Positions 14,050-28,039 of a stretch of DNA of 64,000 bases are shown here, in pieces. The position numbers were made by a program, and so were the translations under genes. Under the pieces are notes generated by a model, which searched no databases, was not told where the DNA came from, and saw nothing but the letters and a program-made list of their open reading frames with translations. The stretch is from the human T2T-CHM13v2.0 reference genome, Homo sapiens, in the NCBI RefSeq assembly GCF_009914755.1, contig NC_060930.1; one strand, given 5' to 3'. Numbering within the stretch: the stretch's first letter is position 1; each line of letters opens with the position of its first letter.

Positions 14050-14810
14050 TGTATCATTTATTTGCCTGTATCCTAATGATTTCTATACCCCTAGCCCAGA
14101 ATGCTCCCCAAACCTTGGACTCAAGTATCCAACCACCAGCTGAACATCTCTACTTGGTTGTCCCATAAATAATATAAATGCAACATGTTCGAAACTGAAC
14201 TCATAGCTTCCTTACAGACAACAAAAGAAATAAGCAACAATTTAAAAAGGCTCACACAACGGGTCTTCTCTATATATGCTTTGTGTGTTTGTTTGTTTGT
14301 TTTGTCAACAGTATCCATTCCAAGAAACCTAAGAAACATCACAGAAACCCTTCCCTCACCTAACCTCAGTCCAATCAATCACTCCGTTTTGCCCATTCTA
14401 TCCTTTGGAGAGTTCTCATACCTGTGTGTTTCTTTCTCCCCACTACCACGATCCTTATTCCACCATCCTCATCCATCACCTGGATGAGGTTTGTTGCAAA
14501 ATAAAACCCTAATTAGTCTCCCTGTCTCCAATCTTGACCACTCCAATCTGTCTTCCAGCTGCAGCCACATGCTCAGTTTAAGTTACAAATCTAAGACACT
14601 CCCATTTAAGGCTCTTTGGTAGTTCCAAGTAATCTATGAGATAACGTCCACAAGTCCTGTAAGACATAGGGACCTCCAAGACCTGCCTCCTGCTTATTGT
14701 CCATCAGGCCCCATCTCCTGTCTCTCCCTACCTGACGCTTTATGGCTCCAGCCAACTGACCTTCTCACATTTCCGGCCCAGACCATCCTATTTCCTGTCC
14801 CAAGACTCTG
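14050..14810 (+). mobile_element. L2 LINE fragments
   Basis: TATCCAACCACCAGCTGAACATCTCTACTTGG and AACATGTTCGAAACTGAACTC match the L2 3' region. Confidence 0.75.
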
Positions 14811-15463
14811 CTGGGGATATCCTTCTACAGGTGGAAGTTTTCAGGTTCCTGTTCAGCTGAATTCCTTTGGAGGTGGGGGTGTTTTGGAAAACTACATACA
14901 TATATACAAAGTTACTGATGCTGTCATAAAGAAATGAGGAAGAATTGTACATCACAGACCATATGGCCAAGCATAAAACCCCCTTTGAAGATACCTAATT
15001 TATGGAATTTATCTAGTGTTTACTGTCTAAGGTGCCCAGCGTTCGTCTGATGGTCTCTTCATGCCTCCTTTATACTCCAGTGACTTTTACCCTGCAACCT
15101 CGTCAGCAATGCTGTCCAGCCTTTCCCTTCTCTTGTATTTCTCTTTGTCCACTCTAGATTTTCTTTTTAAAAGTATAGTTTTCTTTTGAATTTTTCTACC
15201 AGCATCCTTCAGCTTAGCACTCCATTAGCAGAAGCAACATTTCTCCAGGGATGTGTCTTTGTTGGAAGGCAAGGTGAATCTGAAATAATACGTGAATTTT
15301 AACTAATAAGTGAACTTTGAAGAATATATAAATTTTTAAATAACAGTTTTTTTGGTTACAAAAATTTCTGCTCAATGAAAAAATGTTAGAAATCACACAG
15401 AAATATAAAGGGGGTTATAACAATTACCACATTGCTAACTACCACCGGCATAACATATAACAT

Positions 15464-15470
15464 ATTTCTC

Positions 15471-15504
<34 letters not shown>

Positions 15505-15539
15505 CCTCCCTCCCTGTCTGCCTCTATCCCTCTCTTTCT
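15464..15539. repeat. (CT)n-rich simple repeat
   Basis: Read directly. Confidence 0.9.
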
Positions 15540-15879
15540 GGTTGGGTTTGAATCCCCACAAGAAACCAGGAGGAATCTCTCCTAGGACCTCCTGGAATGC
15601 TGAAATCAAGTCTAACTTGCAAAAAATTCTGATGACAGTTGAATGTTTTCTTTTCTTTTGACAGAAGTAAACTGCCACAACTTGGAAACCCAGTGGTACT
15701 CATTCCCTTGTTTTTAAAAAATTGATGGATTAAATATTGAATAGGTGATATATTCATGGGGTTCAGAATTTTAGGAGTATAAAAACTGGTCTTAAATATG
15801 TCTGCAAATTCTTTGACCCTCTTCCCATCAAAGACAGAGTCTAATTTCTCTCCCCTTGAATATGGCTTGCTCTTAGTGA

Positions 15880-17600
15880 CACAGTTTCTTGAGTATCCAT
15901 CCAGAGATTTTTATGCACTTGAAAAAGATATATATTCTTTTCTCTCCTTTTCACTCGTTGTTTCATATCTTTTTTTTTTTTCAGCTAGCAGCATATATTG
16001 GAGATCTTTTGTTCTTTTTTACACCTTAATAATATTTCCTTGTCCAGGTCCCTTTTTAATGGACATTTAGGTAGTTTCCAATCTTTCTCTCTTACGTTGT
16101 TGCAACAGATAATCTTGTACATACATCATTTTGCATATGTGTGGGTACAACTGTAGGATAAAGACTGTGAAATGAATTGCCAGGTCAAAGGGTAGGCACA
16201 TTTGTAATTTTAATAGATATTGCCATATTGACCTTTGCGTCCATCCAATTTATTTCCCCTCCAGTGATAAATGAGTTCCCTTTACTCCAAGCCTCACCAA
16301 CTGAGTATGTTATCGGGGTTTTGGATCTTTGCCAATTTCAGCAGCAAATAATTGTATTTCAGGGTAGTTTTAACTTGTATTTTTTTGTGAGTGCTGTGAA
16401 CATTTTTCATATTTTAAAGAGCCTTATTATATTTACTTTTCTATGAACTGTTTATATCCTTTACTCATTTTTAAATGGATTAACCATCTTAAAAAATTAA
16501 TTTGCATGAAAACATGCATGGTGGGGAAATTAGGTCTTTGTCTGTGATGGAGGAAGTAGATATTTTCCTGATTTGTCATTTGTCTTTTTGACTTTGCTTG
16601 TAATGTTTATTGCATAGAGAATTTTCATTTTATGTTTTCATGATAGAATTTTATTAACCTATTCTTTTATAATGTCTGAATCTTATGTTGGATAAGTTGT
16701 TCCCATCTCAACTTATTAAATATCCTCTCATGCTTTCTTCTACTATTTTGGGGTTTTGATTTCTTACATTTGGAATTTATCCAGGTGTAAGGTGTGAGGC
16801 ACGGATCCAACTTTATCTTTTCAAGATGGCTTCTTCTGTGTTGATTCAACACCACCGATCAAATAATCCACTTTCTCTTTACTCAATTGGGATGGCATCT
16901 ATATAATGTATTACATTCCCAGATGTGTTTCAGTTTATTTCTGGATTCTTTATTTTGTTCCATAGACGTGTCTGTCTGTTCTGAGGCAGTACCATACTGT
17001 TTAGTTACTGCCATTGTAGAATATAGAGTTGAGTGTGACAGCTCTTTTAGAATTTATCTAACAGGGTTTCCAGTTTTCACTGTATACCATCCTTGCCCCT
17101 CAAAAAGAGTATGTATGGTGGGCCCTCTGTATCCACAGATTCTGCATCTGCAGATTCAACCAACCTCATTGAAAACATTCAGGAAAAAAACACAATAAAA
17201 ATAACAATACAATGATGAAAAATATACAAATTTTAAAAACAATACAACAACTAATTACGTAACATTTACATTGTATTAGTATTATAAGTAAGCTAGAGAT
17301 GATTTAAAGTATATAGGAGGATGTGCATAGGTTATACGTAAATATGGCACCGTTTTATATCAGGACCTGAGCATCTGTGGATTTTAATATCTATGGGAGT
17401 CTTGGAACCAATCCCCCATGGACACTGAGGGACTGCTGTATTTTAATATCTGGTATATATATTCCCCATTCATTGTTCTTCTTATTCACATTTTCTGAAA
17501 TAAATCTTGTTTATTGGCCCATATGAAATTTTGAATCACTACGTCTGCATTTTTAGAAATGCACATCTGAGGTACATGTTTACCAATACCTTTAAAGCTT
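15880..17600 (-). mobile_element. Old L1 (L1ME-like) 3' fragment, interrupted by MER2
   Basis: ATGGACATTTAGGTAGTTTCCA and ATTGCCAGGTCAAAGGGTA; minus-strand KIKLDPCLTPYTWINSK resembles L1 ORF2 KLDPFLTPYTKINS. Confidence 0.85.
17116..17438 (-). mobile_element. MER2 (TcMar-Tigger) DNA transposon
   Basis: Consensus blocks CTAGAGATGATTTAAAGTATA and GGAACCAATCCCCCATGGA; degenerate TIRs; TA TSDs at 17114-15 and 17439-40. Confidence 0.9.
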
Positions 17601-17611
17601 GGATCCTGTGG

Positions 17612-17747
17612 CTCCTTCCTTCCTTCCTTCCTTCCTTCCTTCCTTCCTTCCTTCTTTCCTTCCTTCCTTCCTTCCTTCCCTCCTTCCTTCCCTCCTTCCT
17701 TCCTTCCTTCTCTCTCTCTCCCTCTCTCTCTCCTTCTTTCTTCTTTC
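17612..17747. repeat. (CCTT)n/(CT)n compound microsatellite at Alu tail
   Basis: Read directly. Confidence 0.95.
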
Positions 17748-18020
<273 letters not shown>

Positions 18021-18346
18021 TGGCCACTTTCTTCCAAAGGTTTTTATCTCTTTCACATTCAATCCTAAATGGTTCTCACTGGTTGGTGAGAGACGATTCT
18101 AAGGGATACAACTTCTATTACTCCCTGAAGGTGAAATTATTAGCAAGATAAGTCAAAAAAGCCATGTATTTGGGGTACACAGTCTTTATCACTGCCTGGA
18201 GACTTTAAATCCATCACTAGTAATGGGCAGATGTTAGGAGAGCACCAGTAATACCCTCCGTCTGGTGGGGCAGCCTATGGTATATACTCAGTCTCCACTC
18301 ACACACAGTCCCCTGGGCTTTCCTCTCCATATGTATGGATTTCCAT

Positions 18347-18475
18347 ACTCATTTATTCATCAGCTATTTTGGGGGAACCCACTATGTGCCAGGTACTGTT
18401 ATAAGTAATGGTGATGCAACAGCGAACAAAACAGATGAAAAATATTCTCTGCCTTTGTGGAGCTCACTTTTTAGG
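18347..18475 (-). mobile_element. L2 3' end
   Basis: CATTTATTCAT, ACTATGTGCCAGGTACTG, GAACAAAACAGA and GGAGCTCAC. Confidence 0.8.
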
Positions 18476-18493
18476 TAGCTGATAGAATTTGCT

Positions 18494-18645
18494 ATAAAAA
18501 ATATATATATATATAGTGTATATCATATATATTATATATATCATATATAATATATATATCACATTTGCATGCACACATATATGTTATGTATATATTTATA
18601 TTATTTTTATATGTATGTATTTTGTGTATATGTATTTAAAAATAA
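18494..18645. repeat. (TA)n-like AT-rich low complexity
   Basis: Read directly. Confidence 0.9.
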
Positions 18646-19077
18646 AGCTGTACTCTTCCTTTGCCAAAACCAAGTCAAGAGCTGCAGGCCAACATCATAG
18701 ATATCTGTCGTTCTTGGCTGCTCAGCATTCTTTCCTCTTCCTCTGACTTTCCTTTGGGGAACCATCTTTCCCACCTCTGGGGATGAGGAGGCTCAATGAT
18801 AGTACCTCACACCCTTGCTCTTTGTGATTGGACAATAATTATGTGCTTTGTTAAGCCAGAAGGAGACCCCAGGACTCTTTCTGGAATAATTTAGGAAAAG
18901 GAATTTTTCACACTGGGTTTACTAAGCTGATAGAAGGTAAACTATACTCTCTAGTGACCATCTCAGACATAGTTCAAGTGTAAAAAGTTTATTGAGGATA
19001 AAGTCAACACAAGAGAAAGCAAGACCAGGAGATTTTACTTCTATTTTACTGACATAATTTGAGCTCCTCAATCTACC

Positions 19078-20475
19078 TGATGTGGTTTGGATTTGTGTCC
19101 TCATCCAAATCTCATGCCAAATTGTGATCCCCGATGTTGAGGTGGGGCCTGGTGGGAGGTGATTGGCTCATGGGAGCAGATTTCCCTTTTTGATGCTGTT
19201 CTGGTGATAGAGTTCTCATGAGATCTGGTTGTCTAAAAGTGTGTGGCCTCCCGCCCCTGCTGCCCTTCTTGCTCCTGCTCTGGCCATGTGATGTGCCTGC
19301 TCCTCTTCTCCTTCTGCCATGACTGTTTCCTGTTTACTGAGACCTTCCTAAAGGCAGATACTTATCGGGGGAACCAGCCCCTAATATTTCAACATAGGTT
19401 CTTTTCTATTTTCCCTAAGTGTTGGCCAGTCTGAGAAATAAAGGGAAAGAGTACAAAGGAGAGAAATTGTAAAGCTGGGTGTCCAGGGGAGACAACACAT
19501 GACGGCAGGTTCCGTGATGCCCCCTGAGTCACAAAACCAGCAAGTTTTTATTAGCGATTTTCAAAGGGGAGGGAGTGTATGAATAGGGTGTGGGTCACAG
19601 AGATCACATACTTCAAATGCAATAAAATATCACAAGGCAAATGGGGGCAGAGCAAGATCACAAGGCCAGGGTGAAATTAGAATTACTAATGAGGTTCCAT
19701 GTCCCACTGTGCACACATTGTCATTGATAAACATCTTAACAGGAAACAAGGTTCAAGGGCAGAGAACTGGTCTGACTAGAATTTGCCGGTCTGGAATTTC
19801 CTAATCCTAGCAAGCCTGGGGGTGCTGCAGGAGACCAGGGCATATTTTATCCCTTATCTTCAAGTGCATAAGAGAGACACTCCCAGAGAGACCATTTTAG
19901 AGGCCTGTCCCTGGGAGTGCATTCTTTTCCCACGGCTGTTCCTTACTGCGAAAAAGAATTCAGGTATATTTCTCTTATTCGCTTTTGCGAGAAGAGAAAT
20001 ATGGACTCTGTTCTGCCCGGTCCTGCAGGCAGTCAGACTTTATGGTTATCTCACTTGTTCCCTGAAAATTGCTGTTATCCTGTTCCTTTTCTACATGCCC
20101 AGATTTCATATTGTTCAAACACACATGCTCTACAAATAATTTGTGCAGATAATGCAATCATCACAGGATCCTGAGGCTACATACATCCTCAGATTATGAA
20201 GATGATGGGATTAAGAGATTAAAGTAAAGACAGGCATAGGAAATTATAAGAGTATTGATTGGGGAAGTGATAAATGTCCATGAAATCTTCACAATTTATG
20301 TTCTTCTGCTGTGGCTTCAGCTGGTCCCTCCATTTGGGGTCCCTGACTTCCCACAACAGATACTTCCGTGCTTCCTGCACAGCCTGCAGAACCAGGAGCC
20401 AATGAAACTTCTTTTCTTGATAAATTACCCAGTGTCGAGTATTTCTTTATAATAGTGGGTGAATGGACTAATACA
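19078..20475 (+). mobile_element. MSTA-like MaLR LTR split by MER11
   Basis: Starts TGATGTGGTTTGGA, ends GGACTAATACA; 5 bp TSD CTACC at 19073-77 and 20476-80. Confidence 0.92.
19363..20358 (-). mobile_element. MER11 solo LTR (ERVK, HML-8 type)
   Basis: Minus strand starts TGTTGTGGGAAGTCAGGGACCCCAAATGGAGGGACC and ends GGCTGGTTCCCCCGATA; 6 bp TSD GATACT at 19357-62 and 20359-64. Confidence 0.93.
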
Positions 20476-21310
20476 CTACCCATGCTTAAAACTAGCTCTA
20501 CCTCTGGACTTTTTAGTTCCATGAGCTCCTAACCCTCATTTGGACCCATGAGGCCAATTTATTTTCTATTCTTAGAATTTCAAGTTCGCTTGGTTTATTA
20601 CTTATACTCTGGGAATTTGCATATGAAGTTGTGAATATGTCAGCATTGTTTTTAACCCTCTTCCCTATTATTCTTTCCTGAGAGGGACTGGGAACCTTCC
20701 TTACTGTTGTTTGTTTATGCTATGTGGTGTTTGTTTTGGCTGTGACACTGAAGCTGAACTAAGATTGGGTGAGGGCTGCATGGAGGCACTCTGCCCAAGG
20801 GTGGGTGCTCCCTGGGCTAGATTGGGTGACATGGTCATCACAAAGTCATCTATCTGGGTTGCCATGATGCAGGAACACCACAAAAGCAGCATCCAGGAAA
20901 CTAAGCCATGGCCAGGAGCTGGAAGTTAGCCTATCACCGGATGAAAGTAGAAAAGCAAGCCAGAGGGTGAAATGATGAGCAGGCAAGGTTGAAAATGAGG
21001 CCTTTGAGGCCTGGAGCAGAGCATAAGCAAGTAGGAGTTAAGATTGCTTAACTCTGAACACCCAGTAGGTGTTCTATACTAGAGTAGACACTTGAGGGGG
21101 GCCCACTGAGATAGGCAAGGGTATAGTGCATGTTTGAGTTTGTCTCTGTTCCACACTTGAATATCGTTCAACGTTGTCCTGAACACATCATCATTCTGCC
21201 AAGCATGTTAGTCCAATATTTACAAGACAAACTCTATCCTTTCCTAAGCCATTTATTTTTGCATAGTGTACTGTGGTTCAGAAGACTAAATCCAGTTCTT
21301 TGAAAGCATC

Positions 21311-21505
21311 CAGTGTTGCTCACTTGGAAAACATTCCCCTAGAGGGCAACTGGAACTGTTTTGGGGCATTTTTTGGTTGTCACAATGACTGGGGTGTGTT
21401 AACTGGCATTTCGTGGGCAGCAGGCACGGCTGTACTATTGGCCTACAAAATAAAATATTGTCCCTCCCAAAATAAAGGCAGTGCCCAACCTTGACTGAAA
21501 AGCTA
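21311..21505 (+). mobile_element. MER20-family hAT-Charlie element
   Basis: TTTTTGGTTGTCACAATGACTGGGG and ACTGGCATTTCGTGGG. Confidence 0.75.
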
Positions 21506-21994
21506 TGGGTATGCTTTAGAAAATTAACTTCCATTGCCTACTTCATAAAGGTGCCTTGACTTTCAAAGTCATGAGTTTCAATGGAAGAAGAGCTGAAAAC
21601 ACTACTTCTGCCCACAACTCAAGTTTGCTTCTCATGTGGATGGCATCTATTTACACTTGAATCACATAAGCCAAGTTTGGAAAACGCTGAAAATGTGTCC
21701 ATCATGTTTCTTTTACCTCCCAATTGGCCATGCCAAGTGTACTCACAGCCACCTCCACCCCTGCAGAGGGGAGACATCAGTCACCACAATGAGAATCTCC
21801 CTTCTAGGGACAGCATGAAGCTTTAGTTGCCCACGGATTATGAAATGTTTGCTTCCATCTATTTTCAAAGCTCCAGATCCACCATCTATGGAAAAAGGCA
21901 ATTCCTAATACATACAGTGGATTAAACCTTTTCCATTTATTCATTTAGTGTTTTATTCTTTCATTTCTTTAATAACATGCATGGAGTAAATGGC

Positions 21995-22338
21995 TTTTTG
22001 TTTGTTTGTTTGTTTTTTGTTTTTTTGAGACAGTCTCACACTGTTGCCTGGGCTGGAGTGCAATGGCGCGATCTTGCTATCTTGGCTCACTGCAACCTCT
22101 GCCTCCCAGGTTCATGCAATTCTCCTGCCTCAGCCTCCCAAGTAGCTGGGAAATCTATGTCACTCAAGGCCTTAGTGGGGAAAGGTGCACACCACCATAC
22201 CTGGGTAATTTTTTGTATTTTTACTAGACGGGGTTTCACTATGTTGGCCAGACTGGTCTTAAACTCCTAACTTCGTGATCTGCCCACCTTGGCCTCCCAA
22301 AGTGCTGGGATTACAGGCATGAGCCACTGTGCCTGGCC
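21995..22338 (-). mobile_element. AluS SINE carrying a foreign templated insertion
   Basis: Full dimer; TSD-like GAGTAA(A/G)TG; non-Alu segment at 22150-22187. Confidence 0.95.
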
Positions 22339-23993
22339 GAGTAAGTGTTATGTACCAGACATGATGCTAGGTCTTGGGTGCCTTCTTTCCTTGTGCCTTG
22401 TGTTTTCCATTCACTGGTTTCTTGACATTCTTTGTGATTCTAGCTTCTTAGAGTTATTTTTCCTCCTGCTGCTTTCTGCAATCTTCTTGGCCATTATATC
22501 TAGGAACTCTGTCCTTTCTAGCCAGCCAGAATTTAGGAGACTGTCCCCCACGTGCTTTTCTCTCTAGCAAAATAGCTTGCATTTATAGCATAACTAATCC
22601 ACAGGAAGGCAAACACGTGTGTGCCCTGCATGTCCCCAAACAGCTTAATTTCCTCAACATCCTACTCCTTGGGTTTTGGGTTGGGCTGAACTATAGCTCT
22701 TCATGGATTTGTTCTGGACCCTGGCCCTATAAATAGTTGTGATATTGGGACTATTAGCCACACTTGTTTACCAGGTCACATTTGTTCTTAAAGAATTCCT
22801 GGAAACTGCTTGTCAGCTACAGGCAGCTCTATATCTGCCTCATACTTAAGCACAGCTTTTTGGCTAGGTGATTGTGTGTTTGCTTGATATGCAAATTTTA
22901 CAAACCATTGTTATTTACTATTAAAGAAATCCCTCACTCTGCTGATGGCAATATTGCCTGGTATTTCCCTTAGTTCACTTAGCTTCTTATGTAAAGACTA
23001 TGTTCATTCTCAAAGGCTTCTGGTTCCAATACTGCTAAATTTCTTTAATTGTCAGAATTTATTAAAAGCCTCCTTGTCAAAATAGCATAACAATCAATCA
23101 TTGTTGGGGAAAAACTTTAACTTAAAATAAGTGGCTGGCCACTTATCTCTTGTCTATTTGGTCTCAAATCTTCCTCCACGTGTTCGCATTTTATACTCTT
23201 CAAAAAATGCAGAGGTTTGAGGATGCATTGGATTGTTGGCTTTTATGGATGGCAGAGTTAATTTAATTCCGCAATGGAACTCCATGAATTCTGCCCCTAT
23301 GGGTAGAAGGTGTTACAGGGCCCACAGGGACCCAACTTCAACAGCAAGGGATCTCATGGTTCAAAAACATGAAATTGGCAAACGAGAGTACAAGAGTGTA
23401 CCTTTGTCTATTTTATATATTATATACATAATCAGATCCATCCCAAGCATATGGCCCTTGTGAGGGAAGATGCAGTCATTAAAGGCATTGGCTGAGGTTT
23501 GACCTGCTTCAATCTAACTTTCCATGTGCTCATAAAATTGGACTCTGCTCTGAGATAAAAGAATTCTGCTTTCTTCAAAGAGAATGCTCAGCGCTCCTGC
23601 TCCACTTTCAGGAGCAGCCTTCTGCTCTGCAGCCTCCCAGATCCAGGCTATAAAGAGTGCTTTTGGTTCTCACTTGAAGCAGCTGTATGTGAAAGAAGTA
23701 ACTTCCTAAGGCAAGTTTAAAACATTCACCCAGGTTCTGTGGAAGAAATCTATGTCTCTCAAGGCCTTAGTGGGGAAAGGTGGAGACATGGTGGGAGCGG
23801 GGGAGAATTACATGCAGGAGCCAGGAACTAAAAGCAAAGACTAATGGGGAAAAAAGGGAAAGAGAGAGAGACATCAAGCTCCATTAAAAGCAAGATGGAA
23901 AATCTTGGAGAAAAGTGGAGAGAGAACTGCTGGAAGCTGTCCAAATCAACAAAATAGGGAGACCAAAGGAAAAAAGAAAGCACTAAACAGTAA

Positions 23994-24296
<303 letters not shown>

Positions 24297-24964
24297 AGAA
24301 ACTACTTTTTCTGGTGTCCCCTGAAGTGTGAATCTTCACTATAAGTAATTGTGCAGTTGATTGTTGCCTGATTCTAAGGAGTGTCACAGTTTATTTATTT
24401 ATTTGTTTATTTATTTATTGCTTACATGTATTTTCTTGAACATCTGAATTTTCAGAATTCTCTTCTCACTGTGGGCATAAGTGGCTAAATCTTGCTCTGA
24501 AATTCACAAAACAAGGTGGAGGCACTCTAATTTCTGATTCATACCAATGGCCTTGAAAGCCCCTAACTCAAGGCCTTGAAAATGCAGGGGACCCGTTTAT
24601 TAACTGTGTTCTGAATAAATGAACTAAGAAAGTGATGTCAGTGTCATTTCCAGTGATGATAAAGTGAAAACACCCTTGCGTATCCTGCAATAATATAGCC
24701 TGGTTTAATGTTTTGCTGGTGGTTCTCACAAATAAGTGACAGGTGCAGAATAGATGTACAAAATCTTAAAACAATTTCTAGACTTGAGAATCATTGTCTT
24801 TGGATCTATACACATAACTGAACATGCTTTCAGTGGTCTCTTTTGAGTCTGGTTCTTGATAAACCTGTGGGGTCCCTGAACTAACAGTGGATACTCTCTT
24901 CCTCTGGACACCTGAACACGAGAGTCAAGTTTCTGCTACTTGCAGACAAAAGCTTCTTCACTGG

Positions 24965-25344
24965 TGTGACGTACTGAATTATTCTCCCCAAAATTCATAG
25001 GTTGAAGTCCTAATTCCCAATGTGGCTGTATTTGCAGATAAAGCCTTTAAAGAGGTAATTAAAATTAAATGAGGTCATAAGGCTGGGTCCTAATCCAATA
25101 GCAGTGGTGTCCTTATAAGAAGAGGAAGAGACCCAAGGATGTGCACACACATAAAAAAGGTCATGTGAGGTCAGGGAGAAGGGGGTCATTTGCAAGCCAA
25201 GGAGAGAGGCATCAGGAGAAACCAAACCTATTGACACTTTGATCTTGGATTTCCAGCCTCCAGAACTGTGAGGAAATGAGCTTCACTGTTTTAAGCCATT
25301 CAGTATATGGTGTTTTGTTATGGCAGCTGTAACCGACTGATACC
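24965..25344 (+). mobile_element. MLT1B-like MaLR solo LTR
   Basis: AATTAAATGAGGTCATAAGG and GGTGTCCTTATAAGAAGAGG; 5 bp TSD ACTGG at 24960-64 and 25345-49. Confidence 0.9.
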
Positions 25345-25449
25345 ACTGGTAACCCCACCTTCGTGACTTTCTTGCCTCTGTTGGAGTTACAGGGGCTTGA
25401 CCTCCACTTTAGGCTGTTGGCATTAGACTTTCTGCATACGAATGAACTG

Positions 25450-25901
25450 AGATTCATGACACAAGGGAGAAACCAGGGCCTGGCCCCTGGCTAAAGACTA
25501 GGTGATCCATATATGCTTATAGACTATACAGAGAAGAAACTAGTGGGGAGGACTTCATAAAGGGGCCTCTGGAGCTTCTGAAGAAGCAACCTCATGTCTC
25601 GATCCAAAGAATAAAGCAAAATTTCAAGGAAGGATGGGAAGTAAGAGAGGTGAGGCAATAAGGGAGAGTAGAGGTGTCTCAGAGGTCATGACGAAAGTGG
25701 GTGAAAAACTTCGGAGGTTTTTACTATGAGTGGGTGAGCTAGCTAGTGCCCAGAAAGAAAAGGCAGTGGAGCTTGGAGAAAAGGAATCCTGGTGGCTGGT
25801 CTATAAAGGGATCCTGGAGTCTAAAATCATTGTTACTGTGAAACCACAGGCTTGGCATGAGATTTGAGTGTGAATCACTCAAAGGAGGGAGCAAGGGTTA
25901 C
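25450..25901 (+). mobile_element. Possible ancient LTR remnant (LTR85/MamGypLTR-like)
   Basis: TTGGAGAAAAGGAATCCTGGTGGCTG and end GTGTGAATCAC...GGGTTACA loosely recall these consensuses. Confidence 0.35.
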
Positions 25902-26831
25902 ACTCATCTCTGCCAGCACAGAAGCTTCAATTTTCTCTGTACAAGGCCCTGCTTAGTAAAAAGCCACTGAGCAACCCTCCATGTAGCTTCTCATTTTCCC
26001 ATGCCCATCTCTGGGCATAGTGATGATGGACAGCAAGGGGGCCAGAGTGGCCCAAACACTGGAGAAAAGACCATATTCTACACCATCATAACCACCCTGT
26101 TCCTGACCCCAGGGTAAAAACATTAGCAACCAAGGTAGAGAGAGGCTTTAGTTATCATCAGGGCTGTCTTCTTCCCTCATTTTTTCTCTGGCTTACCCTA
26201 AGTCATTTCATGGAAGATGCCTGCCCAGGATTTCACACTTCATCTTTCATATAAAATAAACCTAGCTTCATCCTTTAAGGAGTTATCCCCACCTGTTTGC
26301 TGTCCTTCCACTTTCCATCCTTGCCAAATTCTCTATTTGCTCCTTTTTGGAATCCTTCTGGTTGCCCCAGCCATGACTGCTGACTGCCCTTACTGCCAAA
26401 TGCAGCCTTCACGGGCAGTCTGTGTTGTTCAGCTACTTGGAGGAGTTTCTGGGGGGAAGGTCAGCCAGCTGTTTTCTCCACACCAGGAGAGGTTCCAGCT
26501 CTGAAGTCATTTTCCTTATGCCACCAACTCACCTGGCTTGCTTTGCAAACACTGGCTGCCCTATTTCATGGCATTGAAATGTCATGAGCCATACCTTGTG
26601 CCCTTCAAAGCTGGCTTCTGATGCTTTCTGCATTTGATGCCTTATCTGTAGAAGCTTCACATGCCCTTGGCATTGTTGCACCGTGGCTGAAAACACTGTC
26701 TTGGTATTCCAGAATACTTTGTGTCTCCTGTAACTAAACACAGATAAGATTGTCTAATTCTAGCATCATAAGGAAGGATGAAAGAACATAATTTAATAAG
26801 AAATGAGTTTGTTAGAAAGAAAGACCTGTTA

Positions 26832-27244
<413 letters not shown>

Positions 27245-28039
27245 TTAACATCTGAAAGAATAGTTTTAAAGAAAGATAAAAATTGCCACATTAGGGGAGA
27301 AATTCTATATATATAGCAGTTTTAAAATATGCATTTGTTTGCACACACAAGTATGAAACCTCTTGGGTTCTTCTTCCTACAATTGCTTTCTATTTCACTC
27401 TAACTCAACAGCTGTAAATGGCTTTGGTAAATCATGCTAGTACATTTCCATTAACATTAGCAAAACTTATGTCAACTGCACTGACAACAACTGTCAGCCT
27501 TGAAAGACCCTAATCTTCTCTTGCACAGAGAACACACATCTGTGTCACACCTACGGTTTCTCATACATCACGGAACCATTTGTCTATCTCGTTTCCACTT
27601 TGTTGTCCTCTGGACTCAGAAGGCTCCTTGCTCATCAATCAGCTTTAGTGTCAACAGGGTGTATTCTGACTCCTTATAGGCTCCCCTGGTTACTCCCTCC
27701 TCTGGCACAGCTGGCTTTTTATATCAGTGAATGAGGTTTTCCTTGCAGAGCAGCTACATTTGTGTGCTGCGAAGATAGATGATAAATTGGCTTTGAAACT
27801 GCACCATACTGCATAACTTCAGGGTAATGTCCATTATTCCATCAACAGAATATTTTTTCCTCCTGAAGCACATGCAAAGGGCTTATCACTCCCGGGCATC
27901 AAGAATCATTACCCCAGGTTGGCAGTTTTTCTGCAAGTCACATGGCACCGAGTCTGTTCTATAGACCGGCTGGGTCGTCTCTACATTTGACCCAGCTGAG
28001 CCCCAGCCCCCACACTATTTGTAGATGAAGAATCAGCGA

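Larger units (their letters stand above)
18690..20560 (+). mobile_element. Old MLT1 (J/K-like) LTR split by MSTA insertion
   Basis: GACTTTCCTTTGGGGAACCA and GACATAATTTGAGCTCCT on the left; CTACCTCTGGACTTTTTAGTTCCATGAG on the right. Confidence 0.6.
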
